From Rubeoparvulum massiliense (GTDB lineage Bacteria; Bacillota; Bacilli; Rubeoparvulales; Rubeoparvulaceae), in contig NZ_CVPE01000006.1 of the NCBI RefSeq assembly GCF_001049895.1, positions 374,957 through 406,956 of the forward strand: 32,000 nt of DNA, written 5' to 3'. Position 1 is the stretch's first letter. Each line of letters starts with the position of its first letter. The position numbers and the translations under genes are program-made. Of this stretch, positions 19,538 to 28,731 are shown one piece after another. The notes beneath the pieces are model-generated. The model ran no database searches, was not told the DNA's origin, and was given only the letters and a program-made list of their open reading frames with translations.

Positions 19538-20815
19538 TTAACGCAATTTCATCGCCCTACCAATATCCTTCAAACTTGGTCGTTTCCCATACATGAGGAC
19601 ACCTCCACGGTAAACCTTTCCACCGATCCAGGCAAATAGGATGATGGATAGGATGAGGAGCACGATTGAAATGATAACCTCCACACTAGTAGGTGCTCCC
19701 ATTCCAATCCGGAGAAACATTAGCATCGGTGAGAAGAATGGGATATAGGACATTACTTGGACAATGGTACTCTCTGGACTTTGTAAGCCATACATGGCAA
19801 CGATAAAGCCTGCAACGAAGAGCATGGTTATCGGCGTCATTAGCTGTGCAGTGTCTTCGGTTCTGCTCACCAATGAGCCTACCATGGCTAATAAGGTGGC
19901 ATAAAGCAAATAGCCGAGAACATAAAAGATCAATGCATAAATAATGAGGGAAATCTTGATATCCGCAAAGGAGAATTGAAGATTACCCAATTCAAAATCC
20001 TGTCCGCTCACCTTGATGGCGGTGACTCCTACAGCAACAAAAATGGCAACCTGAAAGATCCCTAAGGTTGCAATACCTAGAATCTTAGCAAATAGTTGCT
20101 TTACGGGAGAGACACTGGAGATTAAAATCTCCATGACACGGGAGGTTTTTTCTGCAGCCACCTCCATGGCTACCATCTGTCCATACATTAAGACCGAGAA
20201 GTAGATGGCAAATAATAAGATGTAGACAAGAAAGAAGGACTGGATGTACTCCTCTTTAGTCATGGCATTATCTGCTACAGAAACGAATTCAAACGGCATG
20301 GGCTCAAAAAGCACTGCCGCCTGTTCCGGCGTAAGGTTCAGCTCTGCTGTAGATAATTGGAACTGCACCGCATTTAAGGCTTGTTGTAATGAATTGACAT
20401 GATCCCCAGGTGTAGTGCCATCATCCTTATAGTAAGCCTGCATTGAGCCGACCTGCTCTTCAATTAGCATATACCCATCAATGACTTCATCCTTCACCCG
20501 TTGGGTTCCAGTACGATCGGCCTCCTCTAGTGTCTTAGACTTCTCCTGATCGTTGAGGCTTAATGGTTTCAGTGTGAACTCACCAGGATACATGACATCA
20601 AGCTGCTGACTTAACAATGGTAGTACCTGTTCACTGGGATCATAGACCTCAATAATCCTCGAGGTCTCATCTTCTTCAAAGAATTGAATAATGGTTTGGA
20701 TATTAACGAGTAGTAAAATTGCAGCAGAGATAAGCAAGGTGGTCCAGAAAAATGCTTTACTCTTCAGCTTTGTAATAAAGGTATGGCGAAAGACGATGAA
20801 AAATTTATTCACCAT
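19538..20815 (-). CDS. ABC transporter permease (NatB-like, ABC-2 family)
   Basis: Signal-anchor, a large extracytoplasmic region, then several TM segments with 'TSRVMEILISSVSPVKQLFAKILG'. ATG at 20815 overlaps the end of the upstream ATPase gene; the track starts at 20845. Confidence 0.85.
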   Translation of the reverse strand: MVNKFFIVFRHTFITKLKSKAFFWTTLLISAAILLLVNIQTIIQFFEEDETSRIIEVYDPSEQVLPLLSQQLDVMYPGEFTLKPLSLNDQEKSKTLEEADRTGTQRVKDEVIDGYMLIEEQVGSMQAYYKDDGTTPGDHVNSLQQALNAVQFQLSTAELNLTPEQAAVLFEPMPFEFVSVADNAMTKEEYIQSFFLVYILLFAIYFSVLMYGQMVAMEVAAEKTSRVMEILISSVSPVKQLFAKILGIATLGIFQVAIFVAVGVTAIKVSGQDFELGNLQFSFADIKISLIIYALIFYVLGYLLYATLLAMVGSLVSRTEDTAQLMTPITMLFVAGFIVAMYGLQSPESTIVQVMSYIPFFSPMLMFLRIGMGAPTSVEVIISIVLLILSIILFAWIGGKVYRGGVLMYGKRPSLKDIGRAMKLR

Positions 20816-21704
20816 GACCACCCACTTTCTCAATAAATATCTCATTCAAGGATGGCTCTTCAAGGGCAAATTTCGTAATAAAGCCTTTTCCACTTACATG
20901 AGCAAGAATCTCCTGTGAAACCTCTTCATTGACGATCTGAATTTCATAGCCTTCTGCCGTGGTTTTTACCTTGCTTACACCGGCGATACTTTCCAATTCG
21001 AGATCACTTGCAGTGGTATGAAGTACGATACTTCTTTTACCAAATGAGCGTTTAATTTCTTTAAGATTCCCATGTAGCACCATCTCCCCGTGATGGAGGA
21101 TACAGAGTTCCTTGCATAACTCCTCCACATGCTCCATTCGATGGCTACTAAAGATGATAGTGGTTCCATTCTGATGAAGATGAACAAGGGATTCCTTCAA
21201 CAATTCTACATTTACTGGATCAAGCCCACTGAAGGGCTCATCGAGAAAGAGTAAGCTAGGACGATGCAGGATAGATGAGATGAATTGAATCTTCTGTTGA
21301 TTCCCCTTGGAGAGCTCCTCTACCTTTTTCTTTGCAAACTCCGGAACCTGCAAGCGTTCAAGCCAGCGATTGGCCTCATCCTTCGCTTCGGACCGTTTCA
21401 TCCCTTTGAGCTCGCCGAGATAAGCCAACTGTTCAACCACATTCAGCTTAGGATAGAGTCCCCGTTCCTCAGGCAAATAGCCGATCTGATCTGTGATGGA
21501 GTAATTGATTTTCTTCCCTTTCCAAAGTATCTTCCCGGAAGTTGGTGCTAAAAGACCAAGGATCATCCGAATGGTTGTGGTTTTCCCTGCACCGTTTGCA
21601 CCAAGAAGTCCAAACATCTCTCCTTGTGCAATAGACAGATTAAAATCCTTAACAGCAACAAACTTGCCAAACTCTTTCCGTACATGCTCAAGCTGTAATG
21701 TCAC
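20805..21704 (-). CDS. ABC transporter ATP-binding protein (NatA-like)
   Basis: Walker A GANGAGKTT, signature LSKGNQQKIQ, Walker B LLFLDEPFSGLDP, and the H-loop. GTG start after AGGAGGGG. Confidence 0.93.
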   Translation of the reverse strand: MTLQLEHVRKEFGKFVAVKDFNLSIAQGEMFGLLGANGAGKTTTIRMILGLLAPTSGKILWKGKKINYSITDQIGYLPEERGLYPKLNVVEQLAYLGELKGMKRSEAKDEANRWLERLQVPEFAKKKVEELSKGNQQKIQFISSILHRPSLLFLDEPFSGLDPVNVELLKESLVHLHQNGTTIIFSSHRMEHVEELCKELCILHHGEMVLHGNLKEIKRSFGKRSIVLHTTASDLELESIAGVSKVKTTAEGYEIQIVNEEVSQEILAHVSGKGFITKFALEEPSLNEIFIEKVGGHGE

Positions 21705-21809
21705 ACATACCCCTCCTTTATACCCTGATAGATACAGAAATAGGATATATTTGCTATACTAATAGACCAACTATATATACGTAGTTCTTGAAAAAAATGT
21801 TTCAAAAAA

Positions 21810-22676
21810 TTAAATTAAAAAATCTCCGGTGCAAATATATTCTGCAGGACCTGTCATCAGTAATTCATCTTCCCTTGTCCATTCGATTTGCAGATCCCCA
21901 CCTTCCAAATGGACCGTAACGGGCTCATACTTTGCTACTTTATCATTTAAAATGCCTGCGATCACAGAAGCGGTAGCCCCTGTACCACATGCCATCGTAA
22001 TCCCCGATCCCCGCTCCCAGACACGAAATAGGATCTCATTGGGCTTAATGATCTGAATAAACTCCACATTGACTCGATCAGGGAAAGCAGGATGTCGTTC
22101 GAGAATCGGTCCCCATATGCTCATCGGAATCGCTTTCACATCATCGACAATGAAGACCGCATGGGCACTACCTAGAGATACGGTTGTTACAGGAAGGGTA
22201 TAAGGAACACCATTAACTTGGAAAATAAAAGGTTCAGCAATCGTATACGATTCTGGATCTCCAAGCATGGGAATCTCCTTTTTCTTCAGATGTGCTTTCC
22301 CTAGATTGACTGTGATTCCTTCTACAGCATCGCCATGAACATGGAGAGTGGCCTTCATCATTCCTCCACCAGTCTCAATGGTCATATTACGTTGTTGAAC
22401 AATGCCATGATCATAGACATAACGAGCAACACAGCGCAAACCATTACCACAATTTTTGCCTTCGGAGCCATCAGCATTAAAAATGCGCATCCGTATATCT
22501 GCCCGCTGAGAAGGTCCAATTAAGATCATCCCATCGGATCCGATCCCAAAATGCAGATCAGCCATGCTTTTTGCCAAGGAGGATAGCTCCCCTTCCTTGA
22601 GTACAACCTCAAATTGATTAATATAGATGTAGCAGTTTCCAAGACCATGCATTTTACAAAATGGGATCTTTCTCAT
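21810..22676 (-). CDS. dapF: Diaminopimelate epimerase
   Basis: FNADGSEGKNCGNGLRCVARY and GSGITMACGTGATAS, the two active-site Cys motifs. Confidence 0.95.
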   Translation of the reverse strand: MRKIPFCKMHGLGNCYIYINQFEVVLKEGELSSLAKSMADLHFGIGSDGMILIGPSQRADIRMRIFNADGSEGKNCGNGLRCVARYVYDHGIVQQRNMTIETGGGMMKATLHVHGDAVEGITVNLGKAHLKKKEIPMLGDPESYTIAEPFIFQVNGVPYTLPVTTVSLGSAHAVFIVDDVKAIPMSIWGPILERHPAFPDRVNVEFIQIIKPNEILFRVWERGSGITMACGTGATASVIAGILNDKVAKYEPVTVHLEGGDLQIEWTREDELLMTGPAEYICTGDFLI

Positions 22677-22782
22677 GATGGACTCCCCCTCATTTACAGA
22701 TATGAAAAGTCACTTTCATTATACCAAGCGTTTCATACGCTGAACAATCAATCCTGATTTATGAGCTTATGAATAGTAAAAA

Positions 22783-22824
22783 GAAACCATGAGCATCAGA
22801 AAAGTTCCTTATGCTCATGGTTTC
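22783..22824 (-). terminator. Rho-independent terminator downstream of the lipoprotein gene
   Basis: Perfect 14-bp stem GAAACCATGAGCAT...ATGCTCATGGTTTC. The minus-strand continuation is TTTTTAC. Confidence 0.8.
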
Positions 22825-22858
22825 TTCGATTTGTGGCCTTTACCTACAGCTTTTTCAA

Positions 22859-23461
22859 CTATTCCTCATGGATTGATTTAAACCGCTTTCGATCACTTTT
22901 AAATTCATTTTCTAGCGCTTTTTTATACTCTTTATATTCTTCTGATGATACGATTTTATCTTTACTTGTTTCATTTAGGGCTAAGCTTGAATTGGGACCA
23001 GATACAAGCAACGAGCCATCTGGTTGAGCATAAGCGGCCATGATGTAGTACTTACCGGTTTGAAATAATTGATCCTCTTCATACAGAACAATAGATTTGT
23101 GATCTTCACTGATTCCTCCGGCTTTGAGAATTTCAAATTCCGTATTTTTCTTGATATTCCCTTTGATATTGTCAACTACCGTAATTTTATATTTCGTATA
23201 GGGATCACTAACCTCTTTGGGACCTTGGCTTGTTTCTATGGTGACTGTATCTTTGTAAAGTGTTTCAACCTCATCCAGTACTTTTGCAACAAAGACATAG
23301 TCAGCATCACCTACAATTTGCGTTAAATCATGGACATCAATACTAAACGAGCCTGCCATATTTAAGACCGGTAATTCACTGGTACTAACATCATTGTTAC
23401 TAGAGCAGGCGCCTAAAATCAGCATTGTTAACAGCATTAGAACCATGAGAAATTTTTTCAT
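22859..23461 (-). CDS. Predicted lipoprotein of unknown function
   Basis: MKKFLMVLMLLTMLILGACSSNN lipobox. The track's start at 23581 is spurious because it overlaps the upstream gene. Confidence 0.8.
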   Translation of the reverse strand: MKKFLMVLMLLTMLILGACSSNNDVSTSELPVLNMAGSFSIDVHDLTQIVGDADYVFVAKVLDEVETLYKDTVTIETSQGPKEVSDPYTKYKITVVDNIKGNIKKNTEFEILKAGGISEDHKSIVLYEEDQLFQTGKYYIMAAYAQPDGSLLVSGPNSSLALNETSKDKIVSSEEYKEYKKALENEFKSDRKRFKSIHEE

Positions 23462-23483
23462 GAATTTATGCACTTCCCTTCTT

Positions 23484-23984
23484 TTAATATGTTTTGTAAG
23501 CTTCATCGTAGGAGCGCTTATCAGTAGTAGACAAACTTGTAAGTGATAGTTTTCCTTGCTGCATAATATCATAGGTTCCATAAGTATGATCTAAGCCTAA
23601 AGCATGACCAAACTCATGTGTTGTTGTCTTAATTCTTTGATTGGTTGTCATCCCAGAGTAATGGTAATCATTGAATTTAATGGTGCCTGCTGAGCTTGTT
23701 ACAGCCATTGTGCTACTAACCTGATAAAAATCACTTAGGTATACATCTTCGATAACCCATGCGCTGTCAGGTCTAATCACACCCGGTTTGTAACCCTCCC
23801 ACAACTTCACAGCACTAGCTACGCTTGAAGTATATTTCGTATTTCCATCCCAATCCAGATGTTTTCCATCATCTACTAGGTCCCATCCGAGGAGTGCAGC
23901 GTTACTTACAATACTGAAGGTTAATGATAATACGACTACTACAGCGATAATTCCCATCCGCTTAATCATTTTGCTTAAAACCAT
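23484..23984 (-). CDS. Secreted matrixin-like zinc metalloprotease
   Basis: Signal peptide, HEFGHALGLDH zinc motif, and the YDIMQ Met-turn. ATG 23984 follows GGAGAGGGTAGGAAT; the track starts at 24071. Confidence 0.8.
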   Translation of the reverse strand: MVLSKMIKRMGIIAVVVVLSLTFSIVSNAALLGWDLVDDGKHLDWDGNTKYTSSVASAVKLWEGYKPGVIRPDSAWVIEDVYLSDFYQVSSTMAVTSSAGTIKFNDYHYSGMTTNQRIKTTTHEFGHALGLDHTYGTYDIMQQGKLSLTSLSTTDKRSYDEAYKTY

Positions 23985-24158
23985 ATTCCTACCCTCTCCT
24001 TTCCCATATTGGCCTTTTCTCCATTCATAGCAACGTGTGTGCATAGATTTTGTTATATTATGGCAATTCAAATAACAGTTGTCAATATGTTTTTTACTTT
24101 AATGGTCCTTTTATCCATTTTAGACTTATCACATGTCTCTTTGTTTCGAAAAATAAAA

Positions 24159-24202
24159 AGAAGCACATCGTCAGGTTTCATTCATCTGACTCTGTGCCTC
24201 TT
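24159..24202 (-). terminator. Rho-independent terminator of speD
   Basis: Minus strand: AAGAGGCACAGAGTCAG...CTGACGATGTGCTTCTT followed by TTTATTTT. Confidence 0.75.
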
Positions 24203-24219
24203 CTCTTAATGTTTCGTTC

Positions 24220-24639
24220 TTACTTCACAACGGTGATACATTTACGACGCTCAGTTGACTGAATATGGGGTTCGACTACGTCCATTTCACCAACGCCACG
24301 AATCAATTTCTTACCATAGACGCGCTCTGGTTGCAGAGCTTCAATGATGTGATCCACTGCGGCTTGTGGATCTACTGTTTCGCCACATGTATAACAATCG
24401 ATTGCTGCAAATCCTTTTTCAGGATAGGTGTGAATCGAGATGTGGCTTTCAGATAGCATAACCAAGACCGTTGCACCTTGTGGCTCAAATTGCTTCTTCG
24501 TGACAGCAAGCACTGTGGCGCCACTCACTTCAGCAGCCTCCACCAGTAATTGTTCGAGCCCATCAGCATCATTTAACCAATTAAATTTGACACCCCAAGT
24601 ATCAACAGCAACATGTCTCCCGAAAGTTGAGTATTCCAT
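24220..24639 (-). CDS. speD: S-adenosylmethionine decarboxylase proenzyme, extended C-terminus
   Basis: GRHVAVDTWGV, the processing site SESHISIHTYPEKGFAAIDCYTCG, and the downstream KxxxRG element. Confidence 0.93.
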   Translation of the reverse strand: MEYSTFGRHVAVDTWGVKFNWLNDADGLEQLLVEAAEVSGATVLAVTKKQFEPQGATVLVMLSESHISIHTYPEKGFAAIDCYTCGETVDPQAAVDHIIEALQPERVYGKKLIRGVGEMDVVEPHIQSTERRKCITVVK

Positions 24640-24782
24640 CTTTCGGCCCCCTTCCTAGCGTATTTTTTTCAAACTATGCTAGGACCTACGTCATTCACTA
24701 CATTCGAGGGGGGGATGTTCATCATACCCCATATTTCGAGTGAATCCTGGTTCCTAAAAGAGTACTGACGGATATAAAATTA

Positions 24783-25283
24783 TCATCTATTGATAATTAA
24801 ATCAATACCTTTTTTATCTAAATGTCCATTTCCTACCTTAGTACTTACTGGAATTGTGGTAGTATTTACAAATTCACGGGAACCTAGGTGTTGGTAAACC
24901 ACATGAGCATCATTAGGCTTTACTTCCACGATTTCAGCAATTTGCCCCTGCTCATAAACATACATCATGGCAAAGCCAGCATAAATTCGTTTTACCATGG
25001 CATTCCCATTAAACTGGGCGATAAGTGGTCGTAATAGTTGTTCCCATTGTGGTTCAATAGAGCCGATGACCTCATGATAGTGATAAGAGCCATTTACCTC
25101 TGTGAACGGAAACACTCTTCTTTTACCATTTAACGTAATTGTGATGATGACATGTCCTTCCATATCTTGCTGTAACGTGGACTGTACTTGGTTGCGACGA
25201 AAATACTCACGAAATTGACCCAGTTGAGAAAATGAAAGATTAAACTGCACATAATGATAAATGGTTGCTAATCTTTGAACCAT
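24783..25283 (-). CDS. Uncharacterised protein
   Basis: 166-aa ORF without an assignable family, preceded by a GA-rich SD-like stretch. Confidence 0.5.
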   Translation of the reverse strand: MVQRLATIYHYVQFNLSFSQLGQFREYFRRNQVQSTLQQDMEGHVIITITLNGKRRVFPFTEVNGSYHYHEVIGSIEPQWEQLLRPLIAQFNGNAMVKRIYAGFAMMYVYEQGQIAEIVEVKPNDAHVVYQHLGSREFVNTTTIPVSTKVGNGHLDKKGIDLIINR

Positions 25284-25586
25284 ACAAATCCCCTCATTAT
25301 TATTTTTTGAAAGATAACTTGTAATGACAGCGAAGGGAAAGAACGCTATGGTTCATTCTCATGGAGTGAAAACGACTGAAGATCAAATGAATACGAAATG
25401 AAGAGAACCACCCTCTTATTAGACATTTCAACCACATTATACAATAGGAGTGGATTCATTGGCTATATCGTGATCACAAATTATTTTTGCTCAATTCTGA
25501 AAGTTTATTGATGAAACCAGCGATGCCAGAATAACAAGTATAAAGTTGGGGAGAGTAATGATGAATCCTTGTTGGGAGGAATAACC

Positions 25587-27062
25587 ATGGAACCGAATTT
25601 TACATGGAGCGAACCACTCCCGCTCTTCGCGAACCTAACGAAGAACGATCAATATATTCATCATGCTCTGGCCATTGAAAAAAGCTTTGATCTCATATAT
25701 CGTTCCCTTTTCTACGCAGGCACTAAATTCTCGCTCTATTTTGTGGATGGCTTTGCAAAGGATGACTTGATGGTACAGATTCTTCGTCATCTTTCTTCAT
25801 TAGAGCCAGAAGACTTACATCCCAATGCTATTACCAGTCTACTTGTAACAGAACTCAGCTATATTGAGCTTGAAGCTACTGGAAACATGGAGAAAATCCT
25901 CAATGCCATCTTATCTGGGCCGCTAGTGCTACTGGTGGATGGTTGTACCGAAGCACTCATTATTGATGCTCGTACTTATCCCGCTCGTAATCCAGATGAA
26001 CCCGATATTGAACGGGTTGTCAGAGGAGCCCGTGATGGCTTCACGGAGACGTTAATCTTTAACACTGCACTAACACGTCGACGTCTTCGAGATCGCTCGT
26101 TACGCATGGAGTATATGCAGATTGGCGCCCGTTCCAAGACCGACATCTGTATTAGCTATCTAGAGGATGTAGCGGATACTCAATTAGTCCAACATTTAAA
26201 GGCGAAGTTAGAGGGGATTGAAATCGATGGTTTACCCATGGCGGAGAAGACATTAGAAGAGTTTCTCTTTAAGCATAATTGGAACCCATTCCCCCTTGTG
26301 CGCTATACGGAGCGACCTGATGTGGCTGCCATTCACCTTTTAGAAGGACATATTTTAATCTATACGGATACCTCACCCAGCGTGATGATTACGCCCACTA
26401 CCCTTTTTCATCATGTACAGCATGCTGAGGAGTACCGACAGAAGCCCATTGTAGGTGCCTATCTTCGCTGGATTCGTTTTATCGGGATCTTCGCCTCCGT
26501 TTACCTGCTCCCACTCTGGTTTTTGGTGGCATTGGAGCCCTCTCTTCTCCCGGAAGCGTGGCGTTTTATCGGGCCAGAAAAATCAGGTGAGGTACCCCTT
26601 CTTCTCCAATTTTTATTAGCTGAGGTAGGCATCGACCTACTCAGAATGGCAGCTGTTCATACTCCCTCTCCGCTCGCGACTGCTTTAGGCTTAGTTGCGG
26701 CCATTATGATAGGACAGGTCGCCGTTGAGGTCGGGCTCTTCACCAATGAAGTCATCCTCTATGTGGCAGCTGCTGTCATCGGAACATTTGCAACGCCTAG
26801 CTATGAGCTAGGTCTTGCCAATCGTTTAGTCCGACTTACCCTTCTCATAGCAGTGGGCTTCTTCCATCTTGCTGGTTTTATCGGAGGCATTCTGTTCTGG
26901 TTTATTCTCTTGGCTTCCATGCGTTCCATGCATACTCCCTATCTGTGGCCCTTGCTCCCCTTTAATGGCAAAGCGCTCCTCGATATTCTGGTGCGATCAC
27001 CGATGCCAGAAAAAGAGAAGCGCCCCCGAGTTATTGCTAAAGAGGATCGTAGCCGCATGTAG
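25587..27062 (+). CDS. GerA-family spore germination protein (A subunit)
   Basis: GPLVLLVDGCTEALIIDARTYPARNPDEPDIERVVRGARDGFTETLIFNTALTRRRLRD is the classic GerAA-type sequence. ATG 25587 follows GGGAGGAATAACC; the track starts at 25569. Confidence 0.93.
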   Translation: MEPNFTWSEPLPLFANLTKNDQYIHHALAIEKSFDLIYRSLFYAGTKFSLYFVDGFAKDDLMVQILRHLSSLEPEDLHPNAITSLLVTELSYIELEATGNMEKILNAILSGPLVLLVDGCTEALIIDARTYPARNPDEPDIERVVRGARDGFTETLIFNTALTRRRLRDRSLRMEYMQIGARSKTDICISYLEDVADTQLVQHLKAKLEGIEIDGLPMAEKTLEEFLFKHNWNPFPLVRYTERPDVAAIHLLEGHILIYTDTSPSVMITPTTLFHHVQHAEEYRQKPIVGAYLRWIRFIGIFASVYLLPLWFLVALEPSLLPEAWRFIGPEKSGEVPLLLQFLLAEVGIDLLRMAAVHTPSPLATALGLVAAIMIGQVAVEVGLFTNEVILYVAAAVIGTFATPSYELGLANRLVRLTLLIAVGFFHLAGFIGGILFWFILLASMRSMHTPYLWPLLPFNGKALLDILVRSPMPEKEKRPRVIAKEDRSRM

Positions 27063-27085
27063 AAATTACCACTACATTCCCCCGA

Positions 27086-27119
27086 CCTCCCCCTTTATCA
27101 TGAAAGGTAAAGGGGGAGG
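27086..27119 (+). promoter_or_regulatory. Perfect hairpin sequestering the SD of the GH18-SLH gene
   Basis: CCTCCCCCTTTA (27086-27097) / loop of 10 / TAAAGGGGGAGG (27108-27119). ATG at 27124. Confidence 0.7.
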
Positions 27120-27123
27120 AATT

Positions 27124-28731
27124 ATGAATTGGAGAAGAAAAAGAGAACAGATACATAAGATCTTGATCATCATAACAATCTGTATCACACTAACACCGCT
27201 ATTCAGCACTCCACAATGGATTCATGCATCCACTGAAACTGCTGATATGGTAACGATGATCTATTTATATGGTGGAAGTACCCAGCAATATATCCAACAA
27301 ATTGAAGCGACACAAGGTACTGTGAACCAAGTCTTACCCAATTATTTTTCCATCGAATCAGGAGGAAAGGTAGTTGCTACCATCGACCCTTCCTTTGTCA
27401 CAATGATGCATCAACGAGGAATAAAGGTGATTCCGTATGTGAGCAATCATTGGAGCCAAGAGAATGGTAGATTCGCTTTTCAAAACTGGCAAGAGACTGC
27501 TAGAGTCATTGCTGATCATGTGCTTCAATATGATCTTGATGGGGTCAATATCGATATTGAGAATCTACGTAAAGAAGATGCACAGAATCAAAATCTCTTC
27601 TTAGCAGAACTATCCAAATTGCTAAAGCCTCATCATAAACAGCTCTCCATTGCAGTAGCGGCAGCAACCAAAGCCAATCCCACAGGATGGCAAGGCCAAT
27701 ATGACTATGCTACCATCGGTTCAATCGTCGACTATGTGGTGATCATGGCTTATGACTATCATTATGAAGGTGGTGCACCTGGACCGGTAGCACCACTTCC
27801 CTGGGTAAAGGATTCGATCCACTATCTCAGCTCACAGATTCCCCATGAGAAGCTCGTACTTTCTCTACCATTCTATGGACGGAAGTGGGTAGACTTACAA
27901 GGTGGTCGTGGTATTGGTAATCTCGCTGTACAATCCTTAATTAAAAGCAAAGGGCTCACCCCTTCCTGGGATGAGCAGGCTGCAACACCATTCCTCAACT
28001 ACCAAGATGGGGAGCAACTTGTCCAGATCTGGTATGAGAATGAACAATCCCTACAAGCGAAGCTAGATGCGGTTATGGATGCAGACTTAGCAGGTATTGC
28101 AGCTTGGCGATTAGGGCTTGAGGACCCGACCTTCTGGACACAGCTTCAGCAATTTCAGGCTCAAGCTAACGGATTAGTTGATATCAATGGACATTGGGCT
28201 GAAGCTGGGATATCGTCGATTACAAAAGCAGAAATCATGGAAGGGTATCCTGATCATCGTTTTCAACCGGATCGACCTTTAACAAGAGCTGAAGCAGTTA
28301 CTTTATTTCAACGCCTTACTCAACAGAATATCCAAGAGAGTACTAAAAACCTGGTCAGAACCAATTCCTATGGAACGTTTAAGGATCTCTCCACTTCACA
28401 TTGGGCGTATGAGCAAGTAATGTGGGCGCTCGCAACAAACCTTGTAATTGGCTACGAGGATGGATCCTTCCAACCGGATCAAGCTTTGACTCGTGCAGAA
28501 TTCGCTGCTCTATTTGCACGGTTTCAGGGGAAAGATGAAGATTCCTTATTGATACAGGATCTACCTTATGGAGACTGCTTTCAACATTGGGCTCTTCCCT
28601 TTCTTAGCTATACTCAAAGTTTAGGGCTTATCCATGGATTTCCTGATGGCAATTTTCATCCTGATCAACCGATTTCCCGTGCTGAAGTGGCGACGATTCT
28701 AACTCGCTATTACATTGAGAATCCTGCTTAA
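27124..28731 (+). CDS. Secreted glycoside hydrolase family 18 protein (YaaH-like) with C-terminal SLH repeats
   Basis: N-terminal signal sequence, DLDGVNIDIENL GH18 catalytic-type motif, and VVIMAYDYHYE. Three SLH repeats follow (HWAEAGISSITKAEIMEGYPDHRFQPDRPLTRAEAV; HWAYEQVMWALATNLVIGYEDGSFQPDQALTRAEFA; HWALPFLSYTQSLGLIHGFPDGNFHPDQPISRAEVA). The track start at 26869 is too long. Confidence 0.92.
   Translation: MNWRRKREQIHKILIIITICITLTPLFSTPQWIHASTETADMVTMIYLYGGSTQQYIQQIEATQGTVNQVLPNYFSIESGGKVVATIDPSFVTMMHQRGIKVIPYVSNHWSQENGRFAFQNWQETARVIADHVLQYDLDGVNIDIENLRKEDAQNQNLFLAELSKLLKPHHKQLSIAVAAATKANPTGWQGQYDYATIGSIVDYVVIMAYDYHYEGGAPGPVAPLPWVKDSIHYLSSQIPHEKLVLSLPFYGRKWVDLQGGRGIGNLAVQSLIKSKGLTPSWDEQAATPFLNYQDGEQLVQIWYENEQSLQAKLDAVMDADLAGIAAWRLGLEDPTFWTQLQQFQAQANGLVDINGHWAEAGISSITKAEIMEGYPDHRFQPDRPLTRAEAVTLFQRLTQQNIQESTKNLVRTNSYGTFKDLSTSHWAYEQVMWALATNLVIGYEDGSFQPDQALTRAEFAALFARFQGKDEDSLLIQDLPYGDCFQHWALPFLSYTQSLGLIHGFPDGNFHPDQPISRAEVATILTRYYIENPA

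Noticed and set aside
20975-22523. Antisense ORFs within the NatA-like and dapF genes
   Set aside because: Shadow ORFs opposite confidently assigned genes, with no independent evidence.
26869-27123. N-terminal 85 residues of the track ORF 26869..28731
   Set aside because: Overlaps the GerA-family gene in another frame. The signal peptide and SD support a start at 27124.
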